Of a stretch of 64,000 nucleotides of DNA, positions 38,895-47,683 are shown in pieces (within the stretch, counting starts at the first letter, position 1; each line of letters begins with the position of its first letter). The position numbers and the translations under genes were made by a program. Source of the DNA: Alphaproteobacteria bacterium (GTDB taxonomy: Bacteria > Pseudomonadota > Alphaproteobacteria > Rhodobacterales > Rhodobacteraceae). The stretch spans positions 19,221-83,220 of the forward strand of contig JAUHYC010000007.1 in assembly GCA_030426685.1 (NCBI GenBank), in the 5' to 3' direction. Below the pieces are notes generated by a model. It made no database searches. It was not told where the DNA came from and saw nothing but the letters and a program-made list of their open reading frames with translations.

Positions 38895-41335
38895 TGCGCC
38901 GGCTCCGCCATGAGGGGGCTGGCATCGCGCAGGCGTGCGCCGGAAGGATCAAAAGGCGGTTCAGTCAGAATCCGGGCCTTGTGCGGGCGGCCCAGAACGT
39001 AGATCTCAACCGCGTCACCGGGCCCGGCAACCTCTGGATCTACAAAGCCCAGCGCCAGGGATTTCCCGACCGAATAACCATATGCGCCGGAGGTGACACG
39101 TCCGACCGGCACCCCAACGGGGGTAAAGATTGGCTCACCCCCGGCTGCATCGGCGATATCGGCTTCAACCTCGAAGACCGAAAGAACCTCGCGCGCGGGG
39201 TGGTCCTTGATGGCCAGATAGGCGTCTTTGTGCAGAAACTCCTTGTCGAGCTTGATCAGACGATCCAGCCCAACTTCATGCGGCCAATACTCCTGTGAAT
39301 ATTCGCGACCCCATGAGCCATAGCCCTTTTCGATGCGTAGCGAGCCCAGTGCGCGCGCCCCGACAGGGCCGCCATCAAGCTGCTCTGCCACCTCAATGAG
39401 TGCGGAATAGAGCCTGATTTGGTCATTTTCGGCGCAATGCAACTCCCACCCGAGATCGCCGGTAAAGCTGACGCGGATGGCAAGACAGGTGACACCGGCC
39501 ACCTCAATGGTGGCAGAGCGCATAAAGCGGAAGGCTTCGTTCGACAAATCGGCGTTGGTCAGCCGTTGCAACAGATCGCGAGCCCGAGGTCCGGCGACGT
39601 TGAACCCGGCGATACGGTTTGTTGCGACCTCGAACTCAACACCTTCAGGCCGCTCAATCATGTTGAAAAAGCGCTGATGATAGCGTTCGGCCATACCCGA
39701 ACCGATCATCATATATTCATCTTCGGCAACCATCGTGATGGTGAAATCGCCCGCCACGCCTCCGCGCACAGAGATCAGCGGTGTCAGGCAGGAGCGGCCG
39801 ACCTGGGTAGGAACATGGTTTGCGACAAGGGAATCCAACCAGCCCCGCGCACCTCGGCCTTTGATGACGTAGTTGGCAAAGTTCGAGATATCGATGACGC
39901 CGACGGTCTCGCGCAGCATCCGGACCTCACATCCCACGGGTTCCCACCAGTTCTGGCGAGTGAAACCGTTGGTCTCAACCGCGCCAGGATTGTCTGCGAA
40001 CCATAGGGGATGTTCCCAGCCACAGTTCAGGCCAAAAACGGCACCCAAGTCCTTTTGCAATTCATAAGCGGGACGTGTCCGGGCCGGACGGCCCGCGCTG
40101 CGTTCTTCGTTCGGGAAATGGATCGCAAACCGGTGGGAATACTGGTCCTGTACGCGCGCCTGTGTGAAGGCCTTGTCGGCCCAATCGCCAAAACGTGCCA
40201 AATCCCAGGCGAACATATCGTATTGCGGCTCACCCTCAATCATCCACTGCGCCGAGAGCAACCCCAAACCACCCGATTGCGAAAAGCCGGGAATGATACC
40301 CGTACAGCAGAAATAGTTCTGCAATTCGGGCACCACCCCCCAAATCGCATTGGCATCCGGTGACCAGATCATCGGTCCGTTGATCACCCGTTTGACCCCT
40401 GCGGTGGCGGCAACAGGCACACGTTCGGTGGCGCGGATGACGTTTTCCATGATCCGGTCCAGATCATCCGGAAACAGGTCATGGGCGAAATCCGGCGGTG
40501 TGCCGTTTTCGGCCCAGAACTGCATATCTTTCTCATAAGCTCCGATCAGCAACCCGTTGCCTTCCTGCCGGAAGTAATACTCGCCGTCGCGATCTGCGAT
40601 CGATGGCAGGCGACGGCCCAGCGCTGCAACTTCTTCGATCGCTTCGGTGACGAAATACTGATGTTCGGTGGGTTGCAGGGGCAGCTTGATCCCGGCCATC
40701 GCGGCAACCTCGCGCCCCCAGAGTCCACCCGCATTCACCACCCACTGGGTATGGATATCACCCTTTTCGGTGCGCACAACCCACGAGCCGTCTGGCTGTG
40801 GATCAGTCCCTATCACGGGACAAAACCGTTCAATCGTAGCACCCAGAGCACGGGCACCTGCGGCATAGGCATGGGTCACACCCGATGGATCGACATTGCC
40901 GCCATCGGGTTCGAACATGATGCAGCGAATGTCATCGAACTGCGCCAGCGGGTGTAGTTCTTTGGCCTGTTCGCGGCTGATCTCATAGAAGTTCAGACCG
41001 TAGAACCGCGCTTTGGCCTCTTGCAGGCGAAGCTGATGTTCCCGGTCTTCGGTCTGCGCCAGATAGAGCGAGCCGGACTGAAACACACCGCAGCCCTGAC
41101 CGGTTTCCTTTTCCAGTTCCTTGTACAGGTTCATCGTATAGTGCTGGATACGGGTGATGTTGTTGTTGTCATGCAGGCCGTGGATGTTGGCCGCCGCATG
41201 CCAGGTTGAGCCGCTGGTCAGCTCGTCTCGCTCCAACAGCACCACGTCGGTCCAGCCGAGTTTGGCCAGGTGATAGAGGATCGAGCATCCGACCAGCCCA
41301 CCTCCGATCACCACAGCTTGTGCATGGGTTTTCAT
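38891..41335 (-). CDS. GcvT-family FAD-dependent oxidoreductase (dimethylglycine/sarcosine dehydrogenase-like)
   Basis: GGGLVG, LTSGSTWHAA, HQYFVT, NGPMIWSPD, SLRIEKGY, VTSGAYG. Confidence 0.92.
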   Translation of the reverse strand: MKTHAQAVVIGGGLVGCSILYHLAKLGWTDVVLLERDELTSGSTWHAAANIHGLHDNNNITRIQHYTMNLYKELEKETGQGCGVFQSGSLYLAQTEDREHQLRLQEAKARFYGLNFYEISREQAKELHPLAQFDDIRCIMFEPDGGNVDPSGVTHAYAAGARALGATIERFCPVIGTDPQPDGSWVVRTEKGDIHTQWVVNAGGLWGREVAAMAGIKLPLQPTEHQYFVTEAIEEVAALGRRLPSIADRDGEYYFRQEGNGLLIGAYEKDMQFWAENGTPPDFAHDLFPDDLDRIMENVIRATERVPVAATAGVKRVINGPMIWSPDANAIWGVVPELQNYFCCTGIIPGFSQSGGLGLLSAQWMIEGEPQYDMFAWDLARFGDWADKAFTQARVQDQYSHRFAIHFPNEERSAGRPARTRPAYELQKDLGAVFGLNCGWEHPLWFADNPGAVETNGFTRQNWWEPVGCEVRMLRETVGVIDISNFANYVIKGRGARGWLDSLVANHVPTQVGRSCLTPLISVRGGVAGDFTITMVAEDEYMMIGSGMAERYHQRFFNMIERPEGVEFEVATNRIAGFNVAGPRARDLLQRLTNADLSNEAFRFMRSATIEVAGVTCLAIRVSFTGDLGWELHCAENDQIRLYSALIEVAEQLDGGPVGARALGSLRIEKGYGSWGREYSQEYWPHEVGLDRLIKLDKEFLHKDAYLAIKDHPAREVLSVFEVEADIADAAGGEPIFTPVGVPVGRVTSGAYGYSVGKSLALGFVDPEVAGPGDAVEIYVLGRPHKARILTEPPFDPSGARLRDASPLMAEPAQ

Positions 41336-41642
41336 GGTTCCGCTCTCCTCGTGCAGATCAACGCCTTGTCCCAAAGTCAGCCACAGGTCCGGGGTGGGGT
41401 ATGCTCTGTTCCCGACGCAAAATGTCGGTATTGCTTATCAAAGCGGCGGAAACAGGCGCGGTGTCGGCAGTTTGCCGCCGCTCTCGGCGTTGCGCACGAT
41501 GTCGTGGGCCTCTGCGCATTGAAATGAGGCACAGCGATTCTTTGTTTAAGCAGGAAGCACGAAAATACGTGCCGAATTGGTCGCAAGCGACGGGACAGGT
41601 TGGTTTGAGAGACGGTGAATTCCACCCGAACCGGCGGAAATG

Positions 41643-41676
41643 TTGAAAAAGTTCTTAATATGTTCTATATTTGTTC
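41643..41676 (+). promoter_or_regulatory. sigma70 promoter (TTGAAA-N17-TATATT) overlapped by a double LexA box GTTC-N7-GTTC-N7-GTTC
   Basis: GTTC at 41651, 41662 and 41673; GTTC-N7-GTTC is the alphaproteobacterial SOS box. Confidence 0.85.
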
Positions 41677-41714
41677 CACAAGGATGTCTGAGGTGGAACG
41701 GAGGTATTCGAGCT

Positions 41715-42044
41715 ATGATCAATGCTACCCGTCAAAGCTGGTACGACGCGCCCAGCAACGATTACCACATGCTGCCTGTCACCGACCGGCAAATGCGCTA
41801 TGCCCGGGCGATTGCCGCGAAATCCGCACTTGAGATCCCGGTTGAGGCGCAACGTGACCGTAAATCGCTGTCAGACTGGATTTCGGCACATAAACCGCAT
41901 GATCCATCACCTTTCGCCAACTATCCCACCGGCAAACAGGTCGCCTTTGCCGAGCGAATCTCACGTGGCAAGCGCCGTCCGATCCCGTCTGAGTGTTTTC
42001 GGGACAAGCAGATGATGTCGCGCTGGATTGATCAAAACAAATAG
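41715..42044 (+). CDS. small two-repeat hypothetical protein, probably SOS-induced
   Basis: GGAGG RBS; two ~41-aa repeats (T.[RK]Q..[YF]A..I...IP.E..RD....S.WI); start could be 41769. Confidence 0.8.
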   Translation: MINATRQSWYDAPSNDYHMLPVTDRQMRYARAIAAKSALEIPVEAQRDRKSLSDWISAHKPHDPSPFANYPTGKQVAFAERISRGKRRPIPSECFRDKQMMSRWIDQNK

Positions 42045-42051
42045 GGCCGCA

Positions 42052-42552
42052 TCATTTGCCGTGGTTGCGCGCATAAAGCGCGACAGCGGCAGCAACGAAC
42101 ATGCCCAGCAGGATATAGCCTGTCACCGCTTCGGCCACGGCCAGTCCGCGGCACAGACCGGTTGGGGACATATCCCCGTATCCGACCGTGGTGAAGGTGA
42201 CATACGAAAAATACAGAATATCCGCCGGACCCTGAGCCCCGATGACGCAATGGTCGTTATAGCCAAACGCGCCGTAAACGGCGGCGAACAGGAATGGTAC
42301 GACCTGAATGAAGGATACCCCCATCAGGAATAGCAACCGGCGCGGGGATTCCACCTGTGTCATGTAGTACCACGATTGCGATACCATCCAGATCACCAGA
42401 CCCACCGAGGCAAATGTACCAATCGTTTCGCCTGCGGTGGTCTCGTTCAATCGTGACAAACCGTACCACGCCAAAAAACTGGCCAAAACCAGCCCAAGCG
42501 CCGCCAACAGAGTGGATTTCCATTCTTCCAGAGTTCTGGGTTCTTTGGACAT
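42052..42552 (-). CDS. potassium-channel family protein (pore domain)
   Basis: LYFSYVTFTTVGYGDMSP selectivity filter; four hydrophobic segments. Confidence 0.85.
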   Translation of the reverse strand: MSKEPRTLEEWKSTLLAALGLVLASFLAWYGLSRLNETTAGETIGTFASVGLVIWMVSQSWYYMTQVESPRRLLFLMGVSFIQVVPFLFAAVYGAFGYNDHCVIGAQGPADILYFSYVTFTTVGYGDMSPTGLCRGLAVAEAVTGYILLGMFVAAAVALYARNHGK

Positions 42553-42616
42553 CTGCGCTCCGTCATGCCTGCCTGATCGCAATCATCCAATTTCCGGCAG
42601 GGCCTGCAAGCGGATT

Positions 42617-43522
42617 TCAGTCCGACCCCAGATGTTCCTCGCCGCGCGCGCGGGCCAATTGAATCTGTTTCTGGCGCTCTCGGAAGCGCTTCTTGTCCGC
42701 GTCCGATGTCTCATGGATGCACTGATGGCACGACACCCCGTGTTCATATTCCGGGCGTTTCACATCCTCGGGCAGGATCGGGCGGCGGCAGCCATGGCAC
42801 AGCTTGTGCGGCCCCTCGACCAGCCCATGACCGACCGAGACGCGGTTGTCGAACACGAAACACTCGCCCTGCCAGGCGCTGTCTTCGCGCGGCATTTCCT
42901 CAAGATAGCGCAGGATGCCGCCTTTCAGGTGATAGACATCCTCGACCCCCTGCCCCAACAGGTAGTTGGTGGATTTCTCACAACGGATGCCGCCGGTGCA
43001 AAACATCGCAACGCGTTTATTGTGGAACCGGTCCTTGTTCTCCTCCCACCAGGCGGGAAAATCGCGGAAACTGGCCGTGTTAGGGTCGATTGCGCCCTCA
43101 AACGTGCCAATCGCAACCTCGTAATCATTGCGCGTGTCGATCACCACCACATCATCCGAGCGGATCAGATCGTTCCAGTCCTCCGGCTCGACATAGTTTC
43201 CAACGCTGGCGCGCGGGTCGACATCGGGCTGGCCCATTGTCACGATCTCTTTCTTCAGGCGCACCTTCATCTTACCGAATGGCGGTTGGTCCGAGACCGC
43301 CTCTTTCCACTCCAGCCCCTCGCAGCCCGGCAGGGAACGGATATGGGTCAGCACCGCATCAATCCCGGCGCGAGGACCGGCGATTGTGCCGTTGATCCCC
43401 TCCTGCGCCAATAGCAGGGTGCCTTTGACGGATTGCGTGCGGCAGAGCTCCAGCAGCGCAGGGCGCAGCGAGTCCGGATCGGGGAACCGTGTGAAGTGGT
43501 AGAGGGCAGCGATTGTGTACAT
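42617..43522 (-). CDS. trhO: rhodanese-domain tRNA uridine hydroxylase (UPF0176)
   Basis: GTLLLAQEGINGT, RLKKEIVT, DTRNDYE, FCTGGIRCEKS, GGILRY. Confidence 0.9.
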   Translation of the reverse strand: MYTIAALYHFTRFPDPDSLRPALLELCRTQSVKGTLLLAQEGINGTIAGPRAGIDAVLTHIRSLPGCEGLEWKEAVSDQPPFGKMKVRLKKEIVTMGQPDVDPRASVGNYVEPEDWNDLIRSDDVVVIDTRNDYEVAIGTFEGAIDPNTASFRDFPAWWEENKDRFHNKRVAMFCTGGIRCEKSTNYLLGQGVEDVYHLKGGILRYLEEMPREDSAWQGECFVFDNRVSVGHGLVEGPHKLCHGCRRPILPEDVKRPEYEHGVSCHQCIHETSDADKKRFRERQKQIQLARARGEEHLGSD

Positions 43523-43618
43523 GGACGCGATCTAATGCCCCGGACAAAAACACGCAAGGGATCGCATTGACGGCCCGTGTCCAACGCCATACCGATATGA
43601 CAGCTGAAGGAGGCCCCC

Positions 43619-44212
43619 ATGTCCCACGCCCTGATCGTGATTGATGTCCAGAACGATTTCTGCCCCGGGGGCGCGTTGGCGGTTCCGGGCGGGGATGAGA
43701 TCGTCGCGCCGATCAATGCCATCATGGACGGGTTCGATGCGGTGATCCTGACACAGGACTGGCATCCGGCGGGGCATTCCTCTTTTGCCAGCGCCCATCC
43801 CGGCAAGGCCCCGTTCGAGTTGACCGAAATGCCTTATGGTTCGCAGGTACTATGGCCTGACCACTGCGTTCAGGGCACCAAAGGCGCGGCGTTTCATCCC
43901 GACCTGCGCACAGATGGCGATCTGATCATCCGCAAGGGTTTTCGCAGCGCCATCGACAGCTATTCCGCCTTTTTCGAGAATGACCAGTCCACTCCGACAG
44001 GCCTCAAGGGCTATCTGGAGACCCGAGAAATCACGCAGCTGACGCTGGTGGGACTGGCCACGGATTTCTGCGTAAATTTCTCGGCCGTTGATGCAGCGCG
44101 GCTTGGCTTTGACGTCACGGTTCGAACCGATCTGTGCCGCGCCATCGATATGGAAGGATCGCTGCGCGCCGCCGAAGAGGCGATGCGCACTGCCGGTGTC
44201 AAACTGAACTGA
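43619..44212 (+). CDS. pncA: nicotinamidase/pyrazinamidase
   Basis: IDVQNDFCPGGAL, TQDWHP, WPDHCVQ, DSYSAF, GLATDFCV. Confidence 0.96.
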   Translation: MSHALIVIDVQNDFCPGGALAVPGGDEIVAPINAIMDGFDAVILTQDWHPAGHSSFASAHPGKAPFELTEMPYGSQVLWPDHCVQGTKGAAFHPDLRTDGDLIIRKGFRSAIDSYSAFFENDQSTPTGLKGYLETREITQLTLVGLATDFCVNFSAVDAARLGFDVTVRTDLCRAIDMEGSLRAAEEAMRTAGVKLN

Positions 44213-44215
44213 CGC

Positions 44216-44743
44216 TCACTGCGCCCCCTTTTCCGCCAGATATTTAAGCACCACGAACAGGATCACGGCCAGGCCCAGCGCAAATCCGATCCGACCCGGA
44301 ACCGTGCGGCGCGGGGGCGGTTGCGGAGTTGGGCGAGGCGGTGGCAACGGGCGCGCGGGTTCGACGTGCGGCGCGTCGCCCGGTTTCGCGGCACGGACGT
44401 GGTTCAGAAACTGATGAAAGTCGAACTCACCACTATATTCGCCCTGTACTCCCATGTTGCGGATATTGGCAAAAAGCCGTTTCAGGATCAGGGTGCGATC
44501 CTCCATATCCTCAAGCGAATAATACCCGGGAGACGTATCGCTGGCCCGCGTATCCAGACTGAAGCCGGATTCAAGAAATATTCTACGGATCTTCGGCGAC
44601 GCCGCGCGCAGGGCGTCTGCGGTTTTGACGTCGCGAAACTGCGCCCGAACCGGGGGGCGCCCCGTCACCGCGGAATGCCCGTGCTCAGGGTCAACTTCGT
44701 CCGGGGCAACCGCTACAATGTCAAAGTCGTAAGCGAGACTCAT
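44216..44743 (-). CDS. hypothetical protein with Pro-rich linker and C-terminal TM anchor
   Basis: 175-aa ORF with host-like codon bias. Confidence 0.65.
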   Translation of the reverse strand: MSLAYDFDIVAVAPDEVDPEHGHSAVTGRPPVRAQFRDVKTADALRAASPKIRRIFLESGFSLDTRASDTSPGYYSLEDMEDRTLILKRLFANIRNMGVQGEYSGEFDFHQFLNHVRAAKPGDAPHVEPARPLPPPRPTPQPPPRRTVPGRIGFALGLAVILFVVLKYLAEKGAQ

Positions 44744-44908
44744 TCACCAAATTCAACCTTCATTACCATCCCCACCCCCTCACTAAAACGCGAAGGGCAC
44801 TCATAATATGCCCGCAATGTGTCGTGTCGGGGGCATTGTTACCAAATCCGCGACTCTTGCCATTCGGCGCCCCGATTGATCTAACAACGGAAATCGCAGG
44901 AGGTCCCC

Positions 44909-46201
44909 ATGGTCGACATCGCGACGCGGGTCTACAATCATAAATGGAAGATCGACCCAATTGTGCGGTCATTGATCGACACAGATTTCTACAAACTTCT
45001 GATGTGTCAGTCAGTGTTTCGGAATAAGCCCCAAACCGACGTGGTGTTTTCGCTGATCAACCGGTCGAATCACGTACCCCTGGCGCAATTGATCGACGAG
45101 GGCGAGTTGCGCGAGCAGTTGGATCACATCCGGTCGTTAAGCCTGAGCCGCGGCGAAAGCACCTGGCTGCGGGGGAATACATTCTACGGTAAGCGCCAGA
45201 TGTTCCGCCCCGATTTCATGGAGTGGTTCGAGAACCTGCGCCTGCCCCCCTATCATCTGGAGCGCAAGGGCGACCAGTACGAGCTGACTTTTGAGGGCAA
45301 GTGGCATGAGGTTATGTTGTGGGAGATTCCGGCGCTGGCGGTGCTGATGGAGCTTCGCTCGCGTGCGGTCCTGAATAGCATGCGCCGGTTCGAGCTTCAG
45401 GTGCTCTATGCCCGCGCGATGACGCGGGTTTGGGAAAAGATCGACCAGCTGCGCGGCATTGACGGGTTGGGCATCGCGGATTTCGGCACGCGGCGGCGAC
45501 ATTCCTTCCTGTGGCAGGACTGGTGTGTGCAGGCGATGATCGAAGGGCTGGGCCCGGCCTTCACCGGGACTTCAAATTGCCTGATAGCGATGCGACGCGA
45601 GGTTGAGGCCATTGGCACCAACGCGCATGAACTGCCGATGGTCTATTCCGCTCTGGCTGAAACTGACGAGGCGCTGGCGCAGGCCCCCTATGACGTCCTC
45701 AGCGACTGGCACGAGGAGCATGACGGCAATCTGCGTATCATCCTGCCCGACACCTATGGGACAAAAGGGTTTCTCGACAATGCGCCAGACTGGCTGGCGG
45801 GTTGGACAGGCATTCGGGTCGACAGCGGCGACCCCGCCGCCGGGGCCGAGATTGCTATCAACTGGTGGAAATCGCGCGGCGAAGACCCGATGAAGAAACG
45901 TGTCATTTTCTCGGATGGGCTGGATGTGGACAAAATCCGCGAGTTACACGCACAGTTTGCAAATCGCACCAATGTATCCTTTGGTTGGGGCACGCTGCTG
46001 ACCAATGATTTCCGCGGGTTGGTCCCCGATGACGCGCTGGCACCGTTCTCGCTGGTGTGCAAAGCGGTCTCTGCCAATGGGCGGCCTACGGTGAAACTGT
46101 CGGACAACCCGGAGAAGGCGATGGGCCCGCCGGATCAGATCGAGCGTTACAAGCGCGTGTTCGGTGTCGGCGCACAGGAGGCGATCGAAGTGATCGTCTA
46201 G
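44909..46201 (+). CDS. pncB: nicotinate phosphoribosyltransferase
   Basis: SLIDTDFYKLLM, DFGTRRR, GTNAHE, LPDTYGT, DSGDP, KLSDNPEK. Confidence 0.96.
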   Translation: MVDIATRVYNHKWKIDPIVRSLIDTDFYKLLMCQSVFRNKPQTDVVFSLINRSNHVPLAQLIDEGELREQLDHIRSLSLSRGESTWLRGNTFYGKRQMFRPDFMEWFENLRLPPYHLERKGDQYELTFEGKWHEVMLWEIPALAVLMELRSRAVLNSMRRFELQVLYARAMTRVWEKIDQLRGIDGLGIADFGTRRRHSFLWQDWCVQAMIEGLGPAFTGTSNCLIAMRREVEAIGTNAHELPMVYSALAETDEALAQAPYDVLSDWHEEHDGNLRIILPDTYGTKGFLDNAPDWLAGWTGIRVDSGDPAAGAEIAINWWKSRGEDPMKKRVIFSDGLDVDKIRELHAQFANRTNVSFGWGTLLTNDFRGLVPDDALAPFSLVCKAVSANGRPTVKLSDNPEKAMGPPDQIERYKRVFGVGAQEAIEVIV

Positions 46202-47649
46202 CCGTGATAGGCGGCGACCGTTTTCAACTGTGAAAAGCCATAGAGCGCTTCGAACCCTTTCTCGCGGCCGTGGCCGGATTTCCCGACGCCGCCAAACGGC
46301 AGCTCAACCCCACCGCCAGCACCATAATTGTTGATAAACACCTGACCCGAACGCAACCCCTTTGCCAACCGCATCTGCCGCGCGCCATCGCGCGACCAGA
46401 CGCTGGCGACCAGACCGTAATCGGTGCTGTTGGCCATGATTAGAGCCTGTTTTTCAGTCTCAAACGGAATCAGGACCTGGACCGGGCCAAAAATCTCGTC
46501 GCGCGCCAGAGCGTGATCCGGGGGCACGTCTGCGAACAATGTGGGTTGCACATAGGCCCCGCCATCGGGCGCGCCTTCGACGATCTTGCCTTGGGCGGCG
46601 ATGGTCAAATCAGCACCCTGCGTAAGAAACCCGCTGACGATCTGCTTTTGCCGGTTCGATATCAGGGGGCCAACGCGCAGGTCCTGCATCGCAGGGCCAA
46701 CACTGAGTTGCTCATACGCCTCAGCCATTCGGGATTTGACCTGATCGTATACGCCGCGCTGCACCAGAATCCGGGAAGAGGCGGAACAGGTCTGCCCCGC
46801 ATTTTGAATGCCAGCGTTGACCAGAAACGGCAGCGCCGCGTCCAGATCGGCATCATCAAAGACCAATTGCGGGGATTTGCCGCCCAGTTCCAGCGTCACC
46901 GGCACCACATTCCGCCCTGCCGCCTGCTGCACCAGCGCCCCTGTGGCGACTGAACCGGTGAACGAGATATGGTTGACCCCCGGATGCCCGGACAGGGTCG
47001 CACCCGCCTCGGCCCCGAGGCCAGGCACAACGTTCAGCGCCCCGTCTGGCAGGCCGGCCTCAACCGCGAGATGGGCAAAGGCCAGTGCGGTCAGGCACGC
47101 CTCTTCCGCCGGTTTCAGCACGCAGGCATTGCCCATCGCCAACGCCGCGCCGACCGAGCGTCCGATGATCTGCATCGGATAGTTCCACGGCACGATATGA
47201 CCGGTCACCCCATGCGGTTCGCGCAGCGTATAGACCGTATAGCCGTCGAGATAGGGAATGGTTTCGCCCATCACCTTATCCGCCGCACCTCCGTAGAATT
47301 CGCAATACCGCGCCAGCGCCACCGCATCTGCCCGCGCCTGGGTCAGAGGCTTGCCCACATCTGTCGCTTCAAGCGCGGCCAAGTCGTCGACATGCTCCAG
47401 CACCAGTTGCCCCAGACGGGTCAGGATGCGGCCCCGCTCCAGCGCGGTCATTCGACCCCAATCTCCGTTCAAAGCCGTTTGCGCAGCAGCAACCGCCGCA
47501 TCGATATCCGGTTCAGCGCCACGCGCGATGCGGCAGATTTCGCCACCGTCCGACGGGTTGATCAGGGGCAGGGTTTCGCCCGTGCATGCAGGCACCCACT
47601 TCCCCCCAATCAGGCACTGGGTCGGGTCAAACCATGGCTGTTGGGACAT
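46198..47649 (-). CDS. aldehyde dehydrogenase
   Basis: IVPWNYP, FTGSVATG, LELGGKSP, GQTCSA, EIFGPV. Confidence 0.94.
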   Translation of the reverse strand: MSQQPWFDPTQCLIGGKWVPACTGETLPLINPSDGGEICRIARGAEPDIDAAVAAAQTALNGDWGRMTALERGRILTRLGQLVLEHVDDLAALEATDVGKPLTQARADAVALARYCEFYGGAADKVMGETIPYLDGYTVYTLREPHGVTGHIVPWNYPMQIIGRSVGAALAMGNACVLKPAEEACLTALAFAHLAVEAGLPDGALNVVPGLGAEAGATLSGHPGVNHISFTGSVATGALVQQAAGRNVVPVTLELGGKSPQLVFDDADLDAALPFLVNAGIQNAGQTCSASSRILVQRGVYDQVKSRMAEAYEQLSVGPAMQDLRVGPLISNRQKQIVSGFLTQGADLTIAAQGKIVEGAPDGGAYVQPTLFADVPPDHALARDEIFGPVQVLIPFETEKQALIMANSTDYGLVASVWSRDGARQMRLAKGLRSGQVFINNYGAGGGVELPFGGVGKSGHGREKGFEALYGFSQLKTVAAYHG

Positions 47650-47683
47650 ATTCGGTCTCCGTATAGGCTCTAACAAAGGTCAA

